NCBI GenBank assembly: GCA_973895155.1
Contig: OZ316895.1
Location: 17,873,437 to 17,937,436, forward strand
Length of the DNA stretch: 64,000 nucleotides
Source of the DNA: Marsupella aquatica
Taxonomy: Eukaryota > Plantae > Marchantiophyta
Reading direction: 5' to 3'
Shown here: positions 1-12,395 of the stretch, piece by piece
Layout of the letters: every line of letters starts with the position of its first letter
Numbering within the stretch: the first letter of the stretch is position 1
Position numbers and translations under genes: made by a program
Notes under the pieces: model-generated
What the model was told of the DNA's origin: nothing
What the model saw: only the letters and a program-made list of their open reading frames with translations
Database searches by the model: none

Positions 1-902
1 GAGGACCGGTGGCGAGGTGTGGGGAGGGGGCAGCTGCCAGGCGGCAGAAACTGCGCCGGCCGGCGCTGCATACGAGGTCACGGCCGTGTTGCGGCCTAGA
101 GCTTGCGGGAATACAAGTGGGTAGGAGACGACGGGCGTAAAGGGGAGGTGTCGGGGTCAAGGTGTGTGTATACATACAAAAATGACCCCTCTAAAAGCAA
201 AAAATAACCTTAAGGAAAAATTTGCCCTTACTAACCTTTACCGCTGCTGTTTCAAATGAGAAAACAATGAGTTGTCGACGGGTAATGTTGTCGAATTGCA
301 CTAGCGCTGTTTGCAACTCCAGCACAAATAAAAAACTTCCACCGCAACGCCTTCACTCCGCGTCAAGTACCAATCCCAGGCTCAAAATGACCGCCTCACC
401 CCGAGCAAACCGTTGAGCCGTAGCACTTTGCGTTTCTTCCACCGAGTTGGACGTCACAAAGGGAAACCCGGTTCAGATGGGAACAAGCTCCATAGCTTGT
501 GAAAAAAAACCTAAACTCCCCCGACCTTCTCTCGTTACAACGCACTTGGTAACAACTCGATAGCAACTCAGCTATTGAAACGACCAGCTCGCTTCAACCT
601 TCAACTTGAGCTACAACATGCGACACCTCCCGCACTACATAGCTCACACCGTTGAAAAATGCGAACTCTAGTCTCTCCCCCGAAAACCCGTCGAACACAA
701 ATAAAACCTGAATGACGCAAACTTTGATTCCTCCGCACCACGGATACCGATCAACGAGTTCTAACCACCGTTAGAGAGCCCTCTTACTAACCTATCCGCT
801 CAGCCACACACATTCGAGTTTCATATAATGAAACTCCGAATGTAACACCGACAATGAACGTTGGAAAATTGTCACGAAAAAACCTCGTCTCCTCCCAGGC
901 AT

Positions 903-914
903 GCTCTGATACCA
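903..914 (-). other. Primer-binding site (tRNA-iMet)
   Basis: GCTCTGATACCA on + strand, 2 nt from the LTR end. Confidence 0.85.
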
Positions 915-916
915 CT

Positions 917-1264
917 TGTTGAGCATAGACGACATTCACAACTGCAAGCCCATGAACCATCCAACGTACAAGAGTTGACATAGAGAGATATGTGGTTCAC
1001 CTCCACATGAGGCTACATCCACGGGAACACACAAGAGCTTTACTGCACTCTAGGCCGACCGGCCATACCAAGCATCCACAGCATAAGTTCTCCCTATCTC
1101 TCAACTAGCTCCGTAACAATGAGCCTTACTCCCACCAGGGGCTGCCACCAGCCCTGGCAATAATTATACACAACAACACTACCGCTAACTTAGCTAAGTC
1201 CTTACCCAAGTTAGCCTAACTGTGGTTAGCTCATGAGTCACAAGACTAAGAGCAATACCTAACA
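917..1264 (-). mobile_element. 5' LTR (~348 bp, TG...CA) of an LTR retrotransposon whose internal region runs off the left edge
   Basis: Minus strand reads TGTTAGG...TCAACA, then AG, then PBS TGGTATCAGAGC (903-914). A homologous solo LTR lies at 31150-31493. Confidence 0.85.
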
Positions 1265-2391
1265 CTACCAACTCCAAGACAGTCTCCAGTACTACGGAGC
1301 ATCCGAATACAATGAGGCTCATGTATTCACAATTTTCAAAGAAATTTCAAAAGTAATTGAAGCAAAGAAACAAAGACTGACCTTGAGGGGGTAGCGTTCC
1401 TCGACCTCTCCATAGGCATCAAGAATATTTTGGAGGCTTGAAAGCAAGTGACACTGTTGTGAAAAGTTGAGTCCTTGTCATGGACATCCTGAATAGGATT
1501 GTCAATGGGATCCTCAACAAGATGGTCAATAGGATCATGAACAGGATGCTCAATAAGATGGTCAACATCCTCAACATGAGAAGGATCCTGATGATCACTA
1601 TCTTCATCATCTTGAACTGAGAAGAAACCTGAATTGGATCTTGTACAAGAGGCGGGTCCTCAACTGAAGTATTGTGGACAGGTTCAGATACAATGTTTGG
1701 CTCATCTGGTTGTTTATCAACATCATTTAGCAACAGACCCCACTTCTCAGGCCTAGGCTCATAATCGCTACCGTCAAACGTGTCCTCCCACTCTTCATTT
1801 AGTCCAGCCTACACATGGTTGGGACAAGATGAGAATGAAATGTACAAACAACAAGCAAAGATTGCAAGAAGTAAAATAAAAAGGTCACACCTCTATTTGT
1901 GCAGCTTCAATGGTCATGCCCCGACCTTTGTATTCCTGCAACAAATTGTTAATGGCTGTGGCTATGCTGATAGGCTTTTGCTCTTCTTTCCACTCCTTGT
2001 AGTCTTGGTATGCAGCTTCAAAGTAAACTTCTTTGGGGCCATGCTTCCATTGCAGAAGCGCCCTTTCTGAGTCAAGTAAATCAAGGCATCTAAAGTGAGA
2101 GCCTCTCAAATTGTATCAAACTACATCAGCTCAAGAGGTTGCACCTCCACATCTGGCCGAGAGAAAATGCATGGCAGGACACTACAATCTAGTTGAAGTG
2201 CCTGCAACTTGCGAGTAAAGTTACATCATCAATTATCAGTCGTTTCCATCAGTCAACCTGATATCAGTCACCACATCATCTCAGAGAGGCCGACAAGATG
2301 CGGCGCCAAAAAAAAATGCGGAAAAAAAATATTCATTTTTTTTCTCAAAATTTGATGAAGAAAACAAATTTTGAAATTTTTTTCAATATGG

Positions 2392-2465
2392 GTGTCTGAA
2401 CTGTATGGACATCACTTCTCGACGGGGTTAGTCGAGATGACCAGGTGTCCATACGGTATGGACAC
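2392..2465. repeat. Imperfect palindrome inside an AT-rich region with inverted CTGATATCAG motifs (2225-2715)
   Basis: GTGTCTGAACTGTATGGACA pairs with TGTCCATACGGTATGGACAC; inner TCTCGAC pairs with GTCGAGA. Confidence 0.55.
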
Positions 2466-3199
2466 AAAATTTTGGTGAAATTTTTTTCAATTTTTTTTTT
2501 CGTTTTGAAATTTTCAAGAAAATAAATTTTCAATTTTTTTTCTTCTGTTTTTTTTGTCCACACGCTGATCTTGGCGAGGTCAACTGAGATGCATGGAAGT
2601 GCAATCTCAGCTGCTCAGTTGCTCAGCTGAGATTCAAAAAAAATTCAGCGGAAAAATTGATAACTGATATCAGCGGCTGATATCAGTTATCAGTGGCTGA
2701 TAACTGATGATCCTCGCTACCCCGCAACTTGCGATCTCTAGGTAGAAGTACTGGCAATTCTTGGATTGAAGCAACCCAACAAGACAAAATAGGAGAAATT
2801 GCAGCAGCCGACACAGACTCTTGCAACATCTCATACATCCTGTCATCCAACAAGGATGACCAACCATTAGCCTGCCCTCCACGTATGTGCACTTCCTTGA
2901 TGACACAAATGAGCAATGATTTTGCAGGAACAAGCGGCTGATTTGCGGCAACACCATACTTCTTCTTTAGCATTGTCTTCTTCTGCAACTTTGTTTGTCT
3001 CCATTGAAGTTGCACAATACATGGATCAAAGCCGGTTCCAAGAGGCCTCATTGTTGTCCTTCCTCACATTTGGCCCATGGCCCTTATGTTTGTTGGCAAT
3101 CCAAGTGGAGAAGTTGGATTTTGAGATCAACCAAGGTTTGCCCTCCTCCAATAATGTAGGTGGCAACTCCAATTTGTGTGTCACGTCCATGTGGGTTTG

Positions 3200-4957
3200 A
3201 GTTGCGGAACTCGACTACCTTAACACTTAGCTCCGATGTCGCTGATTCCAACGCCAAGCTCCCTTATGGTCCAGGCCTGGATAGGCCATCCGGGGAGGAC
3301 TTAGCATGGGGAGACTTGTGGGAAATGAGATGTGGCACTAGCAAAGTCAAGACGCCAAGCTGGTGACACACACTAAGGACTTAGACTAGATGAGTGTTTG
3401 ATGGGTCAAGGGGAAAGGGGCCAGGCTCAAGGTCAACCTTCTGGACCCCCAGACGGACTTTGAGTTTTGCGGGCTTGAGTGAGAGCTCCTCTTGGGCCCA
3501 AGGGCAATGGAGTTGACGCCATGGGCAACGGACGCTTGGGACGCAAGTTATGGCTCGATCCGGTTTGGCCGATCGGGGTCCCCAAGCGGCGCTGAGATCT
3601 GAGGGCCTAGGCATGAGCACTGGGTCGGCCCGATCACAACGGGCTAAGGCACTCCGCTTACGGATGTCTAACTAGGAAGTTATGGGCGTTGCTAGTTGGT
3701 GGCGCGCCCAGACATAAGGGATAGGGTCCAGGTTGGGGACCAAAAGTTTGGGGACCAAAATTGTTCCAGGGGTGGCAGGTCTCCAGAAGCGTATATGAGG
3801 GGAGTGGTGTCTCCCTGGGGGCTAAGGGCGAGTTGAAGTCGTAAGCCGCGGCGGTCACGACACTAAAGGAAAATGTCAAATGGAAACGACGATATCTTCC
3901 CAACAGGAAGTCCGTTGGAGGACTTCTTGGATGCGTCAAAAAGCTCTCAAGGAGGGCTATGTCCTCTTGAGATCAACTGGGTCTGGGGGGTCACTATATG
4001 GAGGGCCATACATCGCGTGCAACGTTTTAGGGTTTGACCCCCCTAACTTATAAGTGAAAAAATATTTTTAGCCCTTTTTGTCTTTAAAATTTATCATTTT
4101 TTATTAAAAAACCCCTAAAAACCTTAAAGAAAATATTTTTTGCAATTAAATAGGCCAATGTGTTCTTTAAAGTCGACTAGTCAATAAAACTTGCCCTATG
4201 TGTTCTTCCACCAAACTTTGGAAGTCTTCCGCCACACCCATTTAAATGGGCTTGGGGGCACCGTAGGTACTCAAGGTTTGCGGATGTTATCTTGCCTGCT
4301 TGCCAAATCCCGCCAAAATAGTAGCCAAGCCGCGTTTAGTCTCTTAAGGGAGCTTGCATTGGGGAGGCAAGGCCAAGTAGGCGTGGAGGTTGTGTTCCAA
4401 GGGCACTTGGACCATAGACCATAAGTGGGGCAAGAACCGGGAGTCAATTGCTAAAGTCGGGACCATTATGGTCCCAACGTGTAGGGACAAGCTTTAGGAC
4501 AAGCTATGCTATTTGGGCCATGAACATGTTCGGGGGGCGGGGTGGTCAGTTTGTGATGGATAGGTACGAGGGGGAACCCAGGCTGCGTCCAAGGAAGGAG
4601 TTGTTCTGGACAAATAGTGAGCATCAATTCTAGTTCCGACTTATGGCATCGGGAGGACCTATCGCTGACCTACTTACCAATGTCTGTTGAGCTTGAGTTA
4701 GGATGCTAGACTTGGGGAGATCTAGATTCTGAAGGGTTACTTACCAAGATGCTTGGTTGCTTGTGTAGACAGTGAGGACCGTTGAGTAGCGATCGAGTTG
4801 GAGAGCAAGTGCGGCTTCGTATGGGAGGGGCCGATGGTGGTGCAAAGGGGCACTAGGTTTCTTGCTTGAGGTATTCCGTGGAGGCGTTTGGGCACCAGGG
4901 GCACTTAGGTGTGAGTGCTAGGATTGGTGAGGGTGTTGGTTGGCAAGGTCCACCACT
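3200..4957 (+). repeat. 5' LTR of chromovirus copy 1 (AGT...ACT termini, contains a MITE fragment)
   Basis: Starts AGTTGCGGAACTCGACTACC, ends GGTCCACCACT. Homologous to LTRs at 10220-10714, 13688-32842 and 48933-50334. Confidence 0.9.
3983..4250 (+). mobile_element. Truncated MITE (family A) inserted in the LTR
   Basis: Near-identical to 6859-7135. Right end missing; absent from the other LTR copies. Confidence 0.85.
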
Positions 4958-5187
4958 TGTGGTATCAGAGCGATTGTCTGCATGGACACCGGGCCTGGGT
5001 TGTGCTAAGTTGGAATTCAAAAATCTTAACGGATTTTTGCGAGAACTTAGTGCTTCAGCGTGCCCGACGGGTCGACTGTAGGCAGATTTGGTTATTGGGG
5101 ACATGGCTAAGAATACTCAATCAAAGAGTGACAAGCAGGCTCCCCCCGCCAAGGGGAGAGCCCAAGTTCAAGAAGAAGAAAAGGAGG

Positions 5188-6750
5188 ATGGGTCAACTTC
5201 CCTAGACAAACATTACAACTAGGATGACAAGGATGTGGCGGCCAAACCATCACGTCAAGTGCAAAGCGTCGTTGACTTAAAGAGAAGGAGGTGGCTGATA
5301 CTCCAGAGGACAAGCCAGTTGATGATGGCTTTGACTCAGATGGAAGCGACGACGGTTCAGAGGCTGAATCAGAGGAAGAGGGCCAGGACCCAAAAGTGGA
5401 ACTGATCCCAACCTTGAGAGGGTTGGATGTGGAACCAGAGGATGATGTTGAGTTGGATCTCATTGTAGATAATTTGACCAAGTAGAACCAAGGCGATGTG
5501 GGTGATGCCTCAGCCCCAGGAGGTCATGGTGCCCGCAAGTCGCGGGGGGTGTCACCAAAGTCCATAAGAGAATCTAAGGACAAGCAGCCCGCAAAGAAAA
5601 GATGGTTGGAGGACCGTCCTCATACAACCCGCAAGGGCCCAGCTGCTGACGATGGAGTTGCGAGAGGACTCCTCCTTGCCGTTAACTTGGGAAACCTGGT
5701 TGAGGGTCTCCTGGCTCATTCAACACTAAGTACCCAGAGTGACACGCTCAGAAATGTGTAATGGAGATAAACTTCAGGGGTGATATCCAAAAGTTCATCA
5801 CTTATTACCCAAACCAGTTGTCGTGTATCCTGACAGGGCAAGAGACCCTACAGATGCAACTTCACAACTTTATAGTGAAGCTCCTGCCGTTGCTCAGGGA
5901 AAAGTTGTAGGAAAAGCGTTATGAGTTTAAAAGGCTTCCTGACGCATTCGACAAGGCCACTACGTTGGTGAATAATAGGCCGGACTTGGCGAAGGTGGGT
6001 GGCAAGGGATCCAAGGGGGAAGCTGGGAAAGTGAAATGTCCCGAGAACAAGCGCAAGAAACCTGAGGGGGCGGGGGCTGGTGGTTCGGATCCTGAGCTCC
6101 AAAATGGAGAAGAAGAGCGTAACCGAAAGGCCAGCAACTTCAAGAAAGGAACCTCATTGCTAGCAAACAAAGAAGAAAGAGCTCATGGAGCAGAGACAGG
6201 CTAAAGGTTTGTGCTACACGTGTGCCATGGGCCATCAAAGTAAGGACTGCCCCTCAAAGGGTGGCAAGCCGAGCGAAGATGGACGGCAGAAGGGCATTAA
6301 GGTAAGTATCACTCTAACCAAACCCTTAGTAGTTGACAAGGTCCCAGTAGGGGATGTTTCTACCGGAGAGAAGGGTTGTTGCAAGAGAAGATACCTAAGG
6401 TTAAGATAATGGATCCTAAAAAGCTGATTTTTGTGAATGTCACTTCTAACGGTAATCTGGGTGTTGCTTTGGTGGATACAGGTGTGACTGCCTGCTTCAT
6501 AAGTGGGCAGGCGGCGGCACGTCTTGGGGTGGACGTGCAAGAGTTGCTATAGCCGTTAGTGTGCAAGTTTACCAAGGACACAAAAGGGATAGTGTCAAGA
6601 TTGGTACATAGACTTTGAGTAGAGGTCATAGGCGAACAACAAAATTTTGTTAGTCAGGAGATGTTCTACGTTCTAGACGGTCTAGCCGTAGACTTCATTT
6701 TGTTGGGAGGTTATCTCAGAAAGCACAATCATGTTACCTTGAAACCGGGG
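5188..6750 (+). pseudogene. gag: Chromovirus gag and aspartic protease (fragmented)
   Basis: Degenerate zinc knuckle (GLCYTCAMGHQSKDC), protease motif LVDTGVT, internal deletion near 5653 relative to copy 2. Confidence 0.8.
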
Positions 6751-6858
6751 GATGAGGTGCTCAATTTTCCCAATAAGGGCGGTGAGCCCATCATTGTACA
6801 CAAAATTACCAAAAATAAAGAAAGATTTCTCAAAGTAAGTAAAGTGTCGTGGTTGTCT

Positions 6859-7186
6859 CTCGGGGGGTCACTATATGGAGGGCCATACATCGCGTGGATG
6901 TTTTAGGGTTTGACCCCCCTAACTTATAAGTGAAAAATCTTTTTTTGCAAAGCCCTTTCTTTCTTTAAATTTTATCATTTTTTTATTAAAAAACCCCGAA
7001 AAACTTTAAAGAAAGTATTTTTTGCAATTAAATAGGCCTATGTGTTCTTTAAAGTCAACTAGTCAATAAACATGCCCTATGTGTTCTTCCACCAAACTTT
7101 GGAAGTCTTCCGCCACACACCCATTTAAATGGGCCTATACTTTGTTGCATGTGATGTGCCACTTCCGTGGAAGTGACCCCCCCAAG
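6859..7186 (+). mobile_element. MITE family A, 328 bp, 8-bp TSD GGTTGTCT
   Basis: TIRs CTCGGGGGGTCACT / AGTGACCCCCCCAAG. TSD at 6851-6858 and 7187-7194. Empty site visible in copy 3 near 57322. Confidence 0.9.
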
Positions 7187-7397
7187 GGTTGTCTCCGTGT
7201 GTATTGGTGAAGCAATGGTGCAAAGACTTCGAGGGTGGATATGAATGTTTCTTCTTTCATTTCCACCCAGTTAAAGAGGCTGCTTCGCAGCCGAAGGTTA
7301 AGTCAGCTAAGGTCGGGCCCAATTGCGGTCAAAATCCTGAAATTTTAAAGGAATTCAATGATGTGCTCTTGTAGAAGCTACCTAAAGGTTTACCCCC

Positions 7398-8535
7398 ATG
7401 GGAGAAGTGGATCACCAAGTTGAGTTGGAGCCAGGTTTGGCTCCTCAGGCTCAAGCTCCTTATTGTTTGAACCTGAACCAACAAATGATGTTGAAGAACG
7501 CCTTGGAAGAGTTGATCAACCAAGGGTTCATTTGGCCTAGTAAGAGTCGTTATGGGGCGCCCGCACTGTTTGTGTCCAAAACAGATGGTACTTTGAGATT
7601 GTGCGCAGATTATTGGGCCCTCAATAAGCAAACGGTAAAGAACAAGTACCCATTACCCCATATGGATGACCTCTTCGACTGCCTCTTCGGGGCTAAGAAG
7701 TTTTCCAAGGTGGACTTGCGGTCTGGGTATTACCAGATCCGCATGGCTAAGGGAGACGAGTATAAGACCGCGATGCGCACAAGGTTCGAATCCTATGAAT
7801 TTTTGGTTATGCTATTTAGGTTATGTAATGCAACTGCAATGTTCATGAAGATGATGAATACCATCTTTCATGACTTGTTGGACCAAGGAGTGGACATCTT
7901 TATTGACGACATCCTAATCTACTCAAAAACGTTGGAGGAACATGAGCAATTGCTTAGAGAAGTGTTCTCTCGCCTTTGTAAGGCTCGTCTCTTTGCTAAA
8001 CCTAGCAAGTGCAAGTTTGCAATAAACAAGATTCAGTTCCTCGGCCATATATTTACCCCCGGAGGGGATTATGCCTAGTCAGGACAAGCTTAAGGAGATC
8101 AAAGAATGGGCGCGCCCATCCAATGTAAGGCAGGTTAGAGCCTTCTTAGGATTCATGGGGTTCTATCGGAGATACATGAAAGACTATGCTAGGATTGCGA
8201 GGCCCCTAAATGCGCTAACGTTGAAAAACAAAGTGTTTGTGTGGACACAAGAATGCAAGTTAGCATTCCTAGAACTCAAGCGGCTAATGATAACGCTGCC
8301 GGTTCTAAAGTTACTTGAGATGGGGAAGCCGTTTGAGATTTGGACAGACCCACGTGATTACGCCATTGGCGCCTATCTTCACCAAGATGGGCGTCCTGTG
8401 GCCTTTGAGTCATGTAAGTTGGAAAATCATTGGATCACACCGGAAAGGGAAATGTATGCAATGATCTATGCGTTGAAGAAGTGGGAGATTTACCTTAAGA
8501 ATGGTCCCAAAGTGGTAATACACAGTCACAGATAG
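7398..8535 (+). pseudogene. pol: Ty3/gypsy reverse transcriptase and RNase H (frameshifted)
   Basis: YPLPHMDDLFD, FSKVDLRSGYYQIRM, FIDDILIYS; RNase H motifs FEIWTDPRDYAIG and EREMYAMIYALKKW. Confidence 0.95.
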
Positions 8536-8536
8536 C

Positions 8537-10209
8537 TTGCCGATGGGGTATTTTAGTTCTAAGCCAAGGCTGAACCCCAAGGACATGCGTTGGCAGATGT
8601 TCATGGCGGATTTTAATTTTGAAGTCCGCCATGTTCCTGGGAAGACAAATATGGCAGCTGACGCGTTATCGCGTAGGGACCATCATCGTGTCAATGGGAT
8701 CATGATGCTTGAATCCAAGTGGCCAAGGGTTCTGGGCGAGGCATATGGGGATGACAGGTTAGCCAAGGAATGGCAAAGCAATGGGGGTAACCAAGGCAAG
8801 GTCAGACACGTTTCATTGGGGTTGGATACGATGCATAATGTCCAATTATGGCGATACAAGCAGAGGCGTGTGCACATCCTGGAGTCTCTAAGGTTAGAGG
8901 TTCTGCAAAAGTACCATAACTCGCCCTGGGGAGGGCATGGCGGACAAGCAGCTACCTATCACAGCATGTCACGAGATGTGTATTGGTCAGACATGAAGCA
9001 ATCGGTTCTTCACCACGTGCAAAGTTGTTACTTGTGCCAAAAGAACCGAACGGTCTATAGGGCAAAAGAAGGACTTCTACAACCCTTACCAGTAGTTGCG
9101 GCTCCATGGGAGTCCATCTCCATGGACTTCATTGTTGGGTTACCTGAGTCCCACAACAGTAACTCCATCTTAACAATCGTGGATTGTTTTTCCAAGATGG
9201 CGTATTTCTTGCCAACTGCAAAAATAGTTTCGGCCTGAGAGGTTGTTGGTCTGGTGTTTGACAATGTCTTCCGACAATGGGGATTGCCATTGCATATCTT
9301 GTCCAACCACGATACCAAGTTCACAAGTCATTTCTGGAAGGCGTTGTTTTGGTTATCCGGAACAGACCTTACTAGAGGATCAGCGTATCATCACGAGACA
9401 GATGGCCAAACAAAATGGGTGAATGGTATCGTGGAGGACTACTTGCATCACTTTGTGATGGCCAATCAAAAGGATTGGGCAAAGCACTTAACAATGGCCG
9501 AGTTTAGGTATAACTTGACCAAGCATTTGGAGACGGGGTTTGCGCTGTTTGTGCTGGCCACAGTGAGGACGCCCGCCCTCCTGGTTCATAAATCCGGAAG
9601 CTTGGCGGATGGAAAGCAAGGTTCCTTTTGCGGACAATTTTATTTGAGAGCGGCCCCTAGTTGCGGAAGTGGCTACCAAGGGTATGACCCTTGCCCAAAG
9701 TCGGTAGAAGGAGCAAGGGGATAAACATCGACTCCAGGTACGTAAGCTTTGAAATTGGGAAGAGCGTTTGGTTGCAGTTGAGACCTGAACAATACCATGG
9801 GAACATAAGTAGGAAGCTCGCTCCCAGATATGCGAGGCCCTATTGCATCATACGATGGGCCCACAAGGATAATCCGGTTTTGATGGTGTTGGAGACACCC
9901 AAGGAAATGGGTGTAGGCAAAAGCTACCATGTTAGCCGGCTCAAGAAATTTGTCAAAGACAATGATCCCAACCGGGATCAGGTCTTGCGTTCGGGCGCCC
10001 TGTTGGTGGAGGACGCTAAGGAGTTTGAGGTGGAGGCAATTCTAGACCACCGTTACAAATGCAAGTTGGGAAGGCAAATCTTAGAGTATTTGGTGAAGTG
10101 GGCTGGCTATGATCAGGCCGAGAGTACTTGGGAACCGGAAGAAAATCTGGGTAATGCCCCAAAGATCCTTGGAAGCTATCGTAAGCAAAGCGGCCTACCG
10201 CCATTGTGA
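8537..10209 (+). pseudogene. pol: Integrase (HHCC + core) with C-terminal chromodomain, frameshifted
   Basis: H..GH...CYLC, WESISMDFIVGLP, TDGQT; chromodomain FEVEAILDHR...YLVKWAGY...STWEPEENL. Confidence 0.93.
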
Positions 10210-12395
10210 ATTGGTATAGGCAATGCCCATAACTTTCTTGTTAGGCGTCCGCAAGCCGTGTGCCTTAGCCCGTTGTGATCGGGCCAACCCAGTGCTCATG
10301 CCTAGGCCCTCAGGTCTCATTGCCGCTTGGGGTCCCCGATCAGCCAAACCCAGATCGGGCCATAGCTCATGCCCCAAGCATCCATTGCCCATGGCGTCAA
10401 CTCCATTGGCCTTGGGCCCAAGAGGAGCTCACACTCAAGCCCTCAGAACTCAAAATCCATCTAGGGGTCCGGACGGTCGAACTTGAGTTTGGCCCCTTTT
10501 CCCCTTGACCCGACCAGCTCTCAGCTAGCCTAAGTCCTTAGTGTGTGTCACCAGCTTGGCTCCTTGCCTTTGCTAGCGCCACGTCTCATTGCCCACAAGT
10601 CTCCCCATGCTAAGTCCTCCTCGGATGGCCTATCCGGGCCCGGACCATAAGGGTGCTCGGCATCGGAGCCAACGATGTTGGAGCTAAGTGTTAAGGTAGT
10701 CGAGTTCCATGACTTGCACCCCCCCTTAAAAATGGTCACGTCCTCATGACCTCAGTAAACGTTCCAGCACGCCTAGACCACTTTAGGTCTTAAAATTTTT
10801 ATGAGGTAACAAATGGTTAATTTGCCCATAAGGCTGATGCAAACCAGGTTGATATGCGCATTCCAAACTTAAGAAATTCCAACCTATCCCACTTATCCAA
10901 GTAGGATGCCAGTCCAAGCGGGTAAGCTAAGTCCAAACTTGTTGGACCCATTGTCCTCCCCTTGGGGTACTCCCCTTTGGTTTGAACCAGCCCGCCCACA
11001 GATGTAAGGCGGGCAACATCAACTTCCACTCGCAAAAAGCAAATCGGCCCGCCTAACAACCTCTAGTGCCCACGCAATCCAACCTTATCCTCAAGAGGCC
11101 GGGAGGAGTGAAACTAGGATACAACTCACAAAGGTAGCTACTGTTGCCTCTACCAGTTCACAATGACGGTAGGCCGCTTTGCTTACGATAGCTTCCAAGG
11201 ATCTCATAAGCATTACCCAAATCTTCTTTCGGTTCCCAAGTACTCTTGGCCTGATCATAGCCAACCCACTTCACCAAATACTCTAAGGTTTGCCTTCCCA
11301 ACTTGTGTTTGGAACGATGGTCCATAATTGCCTTCACCTCAAACTCCTCAGCGTCCTCCACTAGCATAGCGTCCGGACCCAAGACCTGATCCCAATTGGA
11401 TCATCGTCTTTGACAAATTTTTTGAGTTGGCTAACATGGTAGCTTTTGCCTACGCCCATTTCCTTGAGTGTCTCCAACACCACCGAAATCGGATTATCCT
11501 TTCGCCGATACACACGGAGACAATCATGACACTATACTTACTTTGAGAAATTTTTCTTTATTTCTGGTAATTTTATGTACAACGATGGGCTCACCACCCT
11601 TATTGGGAAAATCGATGGAGCACCTCATCCCCCGATTTCAATGTAACATTGTGCTTTCTGAGATAACCTACCAACAAAATGAAGTCTACGGCTAGACCGT
11701 CTAGAACGTAGAACATCTCCTGACTAACAAAATTTTGCTGTTCGCCTATGACCTCTACTCAAAGTCTATGTACCACTCTTGACACTATCCCTTTTGTATC
11801 ATTGGCGAACTTGCACACTAATGGTTGTAGCAACTCTTACACGTCCAACCCAAGACGTGCCACCGCCTCTCCACTTATGAAGCAGGCGGTGGCGCCTATA
11901 TCCACCAAAGCAATACCCAAATTACCGTTAGAAGTGACATTCACAAAAATCAACTTTTAAGGATCCATTTTCTTAACTTTAGGTATCTTGTCTCACAACA
12001 ACACCTTCTCTCCGGTGGGAACATCCCCTACAGGGACCTTGTTAGCTACTAAGGGTTTGGTTAGAGCAATCCTTACCTTAATGCTCTCTTGCCCTCCATC
12101 TCCGCTTGGCTTGCCATCTTTTGTGGAACAATCCTTACTTTGATGGCCCATGGCGCCACACGTAAAGCACAAACCTTCAGCCTGACTCTTCCATGAGCAC
12201 CTGCTTCTTTGCTTTCTACGCTGACGAGGTTCCTTTCTTGAAGTTGCCGGCCTTCCGGTTTTGATTTGCTTCTCCATTCTCGGGTTGGGGATCCAAACCA
12301 CCGGCCCCCGCCGCCTCAGGTTGCTTACGCTTATTCACCAACATAGTGGCCTTGTCGAAGGCGTCAAAAAACATTTTAAACTTGTGACGCTTTTC

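Larger units (their letters stand above)
3200..10222 (+). mobile_element. Ty3/gypsy chromovirus copy 1 (decayed; 3' UTR and 3' LTR deleted)
   Basis: 5' LTR 3200-4957, PBS TGGTATCAGAGC 4960-4971, then gag, PR (LVDTG), RT, RNase H, integrase and chromodomain in gypsy order with many frameshifts and stops. Confidence 0.95.

Noticed and set aside
1419-1733. Hydrophobic membrane-like ORF (ILLMLRMLTILL...)
   Set aside because: Looks like an off-frame reading of a short repeat that encodes an acidic D/H/P-rich stretch in another frame; no family recognised.
4026-4035. Telomeric TTTAGGG motif
   Set aside because: Isolated single copies inside MITEs and LTRs; not an array.
6851-7195. 9-bp Mutator-type TSD for MITE A
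   Set aside because: TIR symmetry and the sister elements fit an 8-bp TSD; the ninth base is the element's first C.
3200-10714. DIRS-like retroelement with inverted terminal repeats
   Set aside because: It encodes a DDE integrase and chromodomain, not a tyrosine recombinase. The inverted LTR belongs to neighbouring copy 2, whose PPT lies on the other side.
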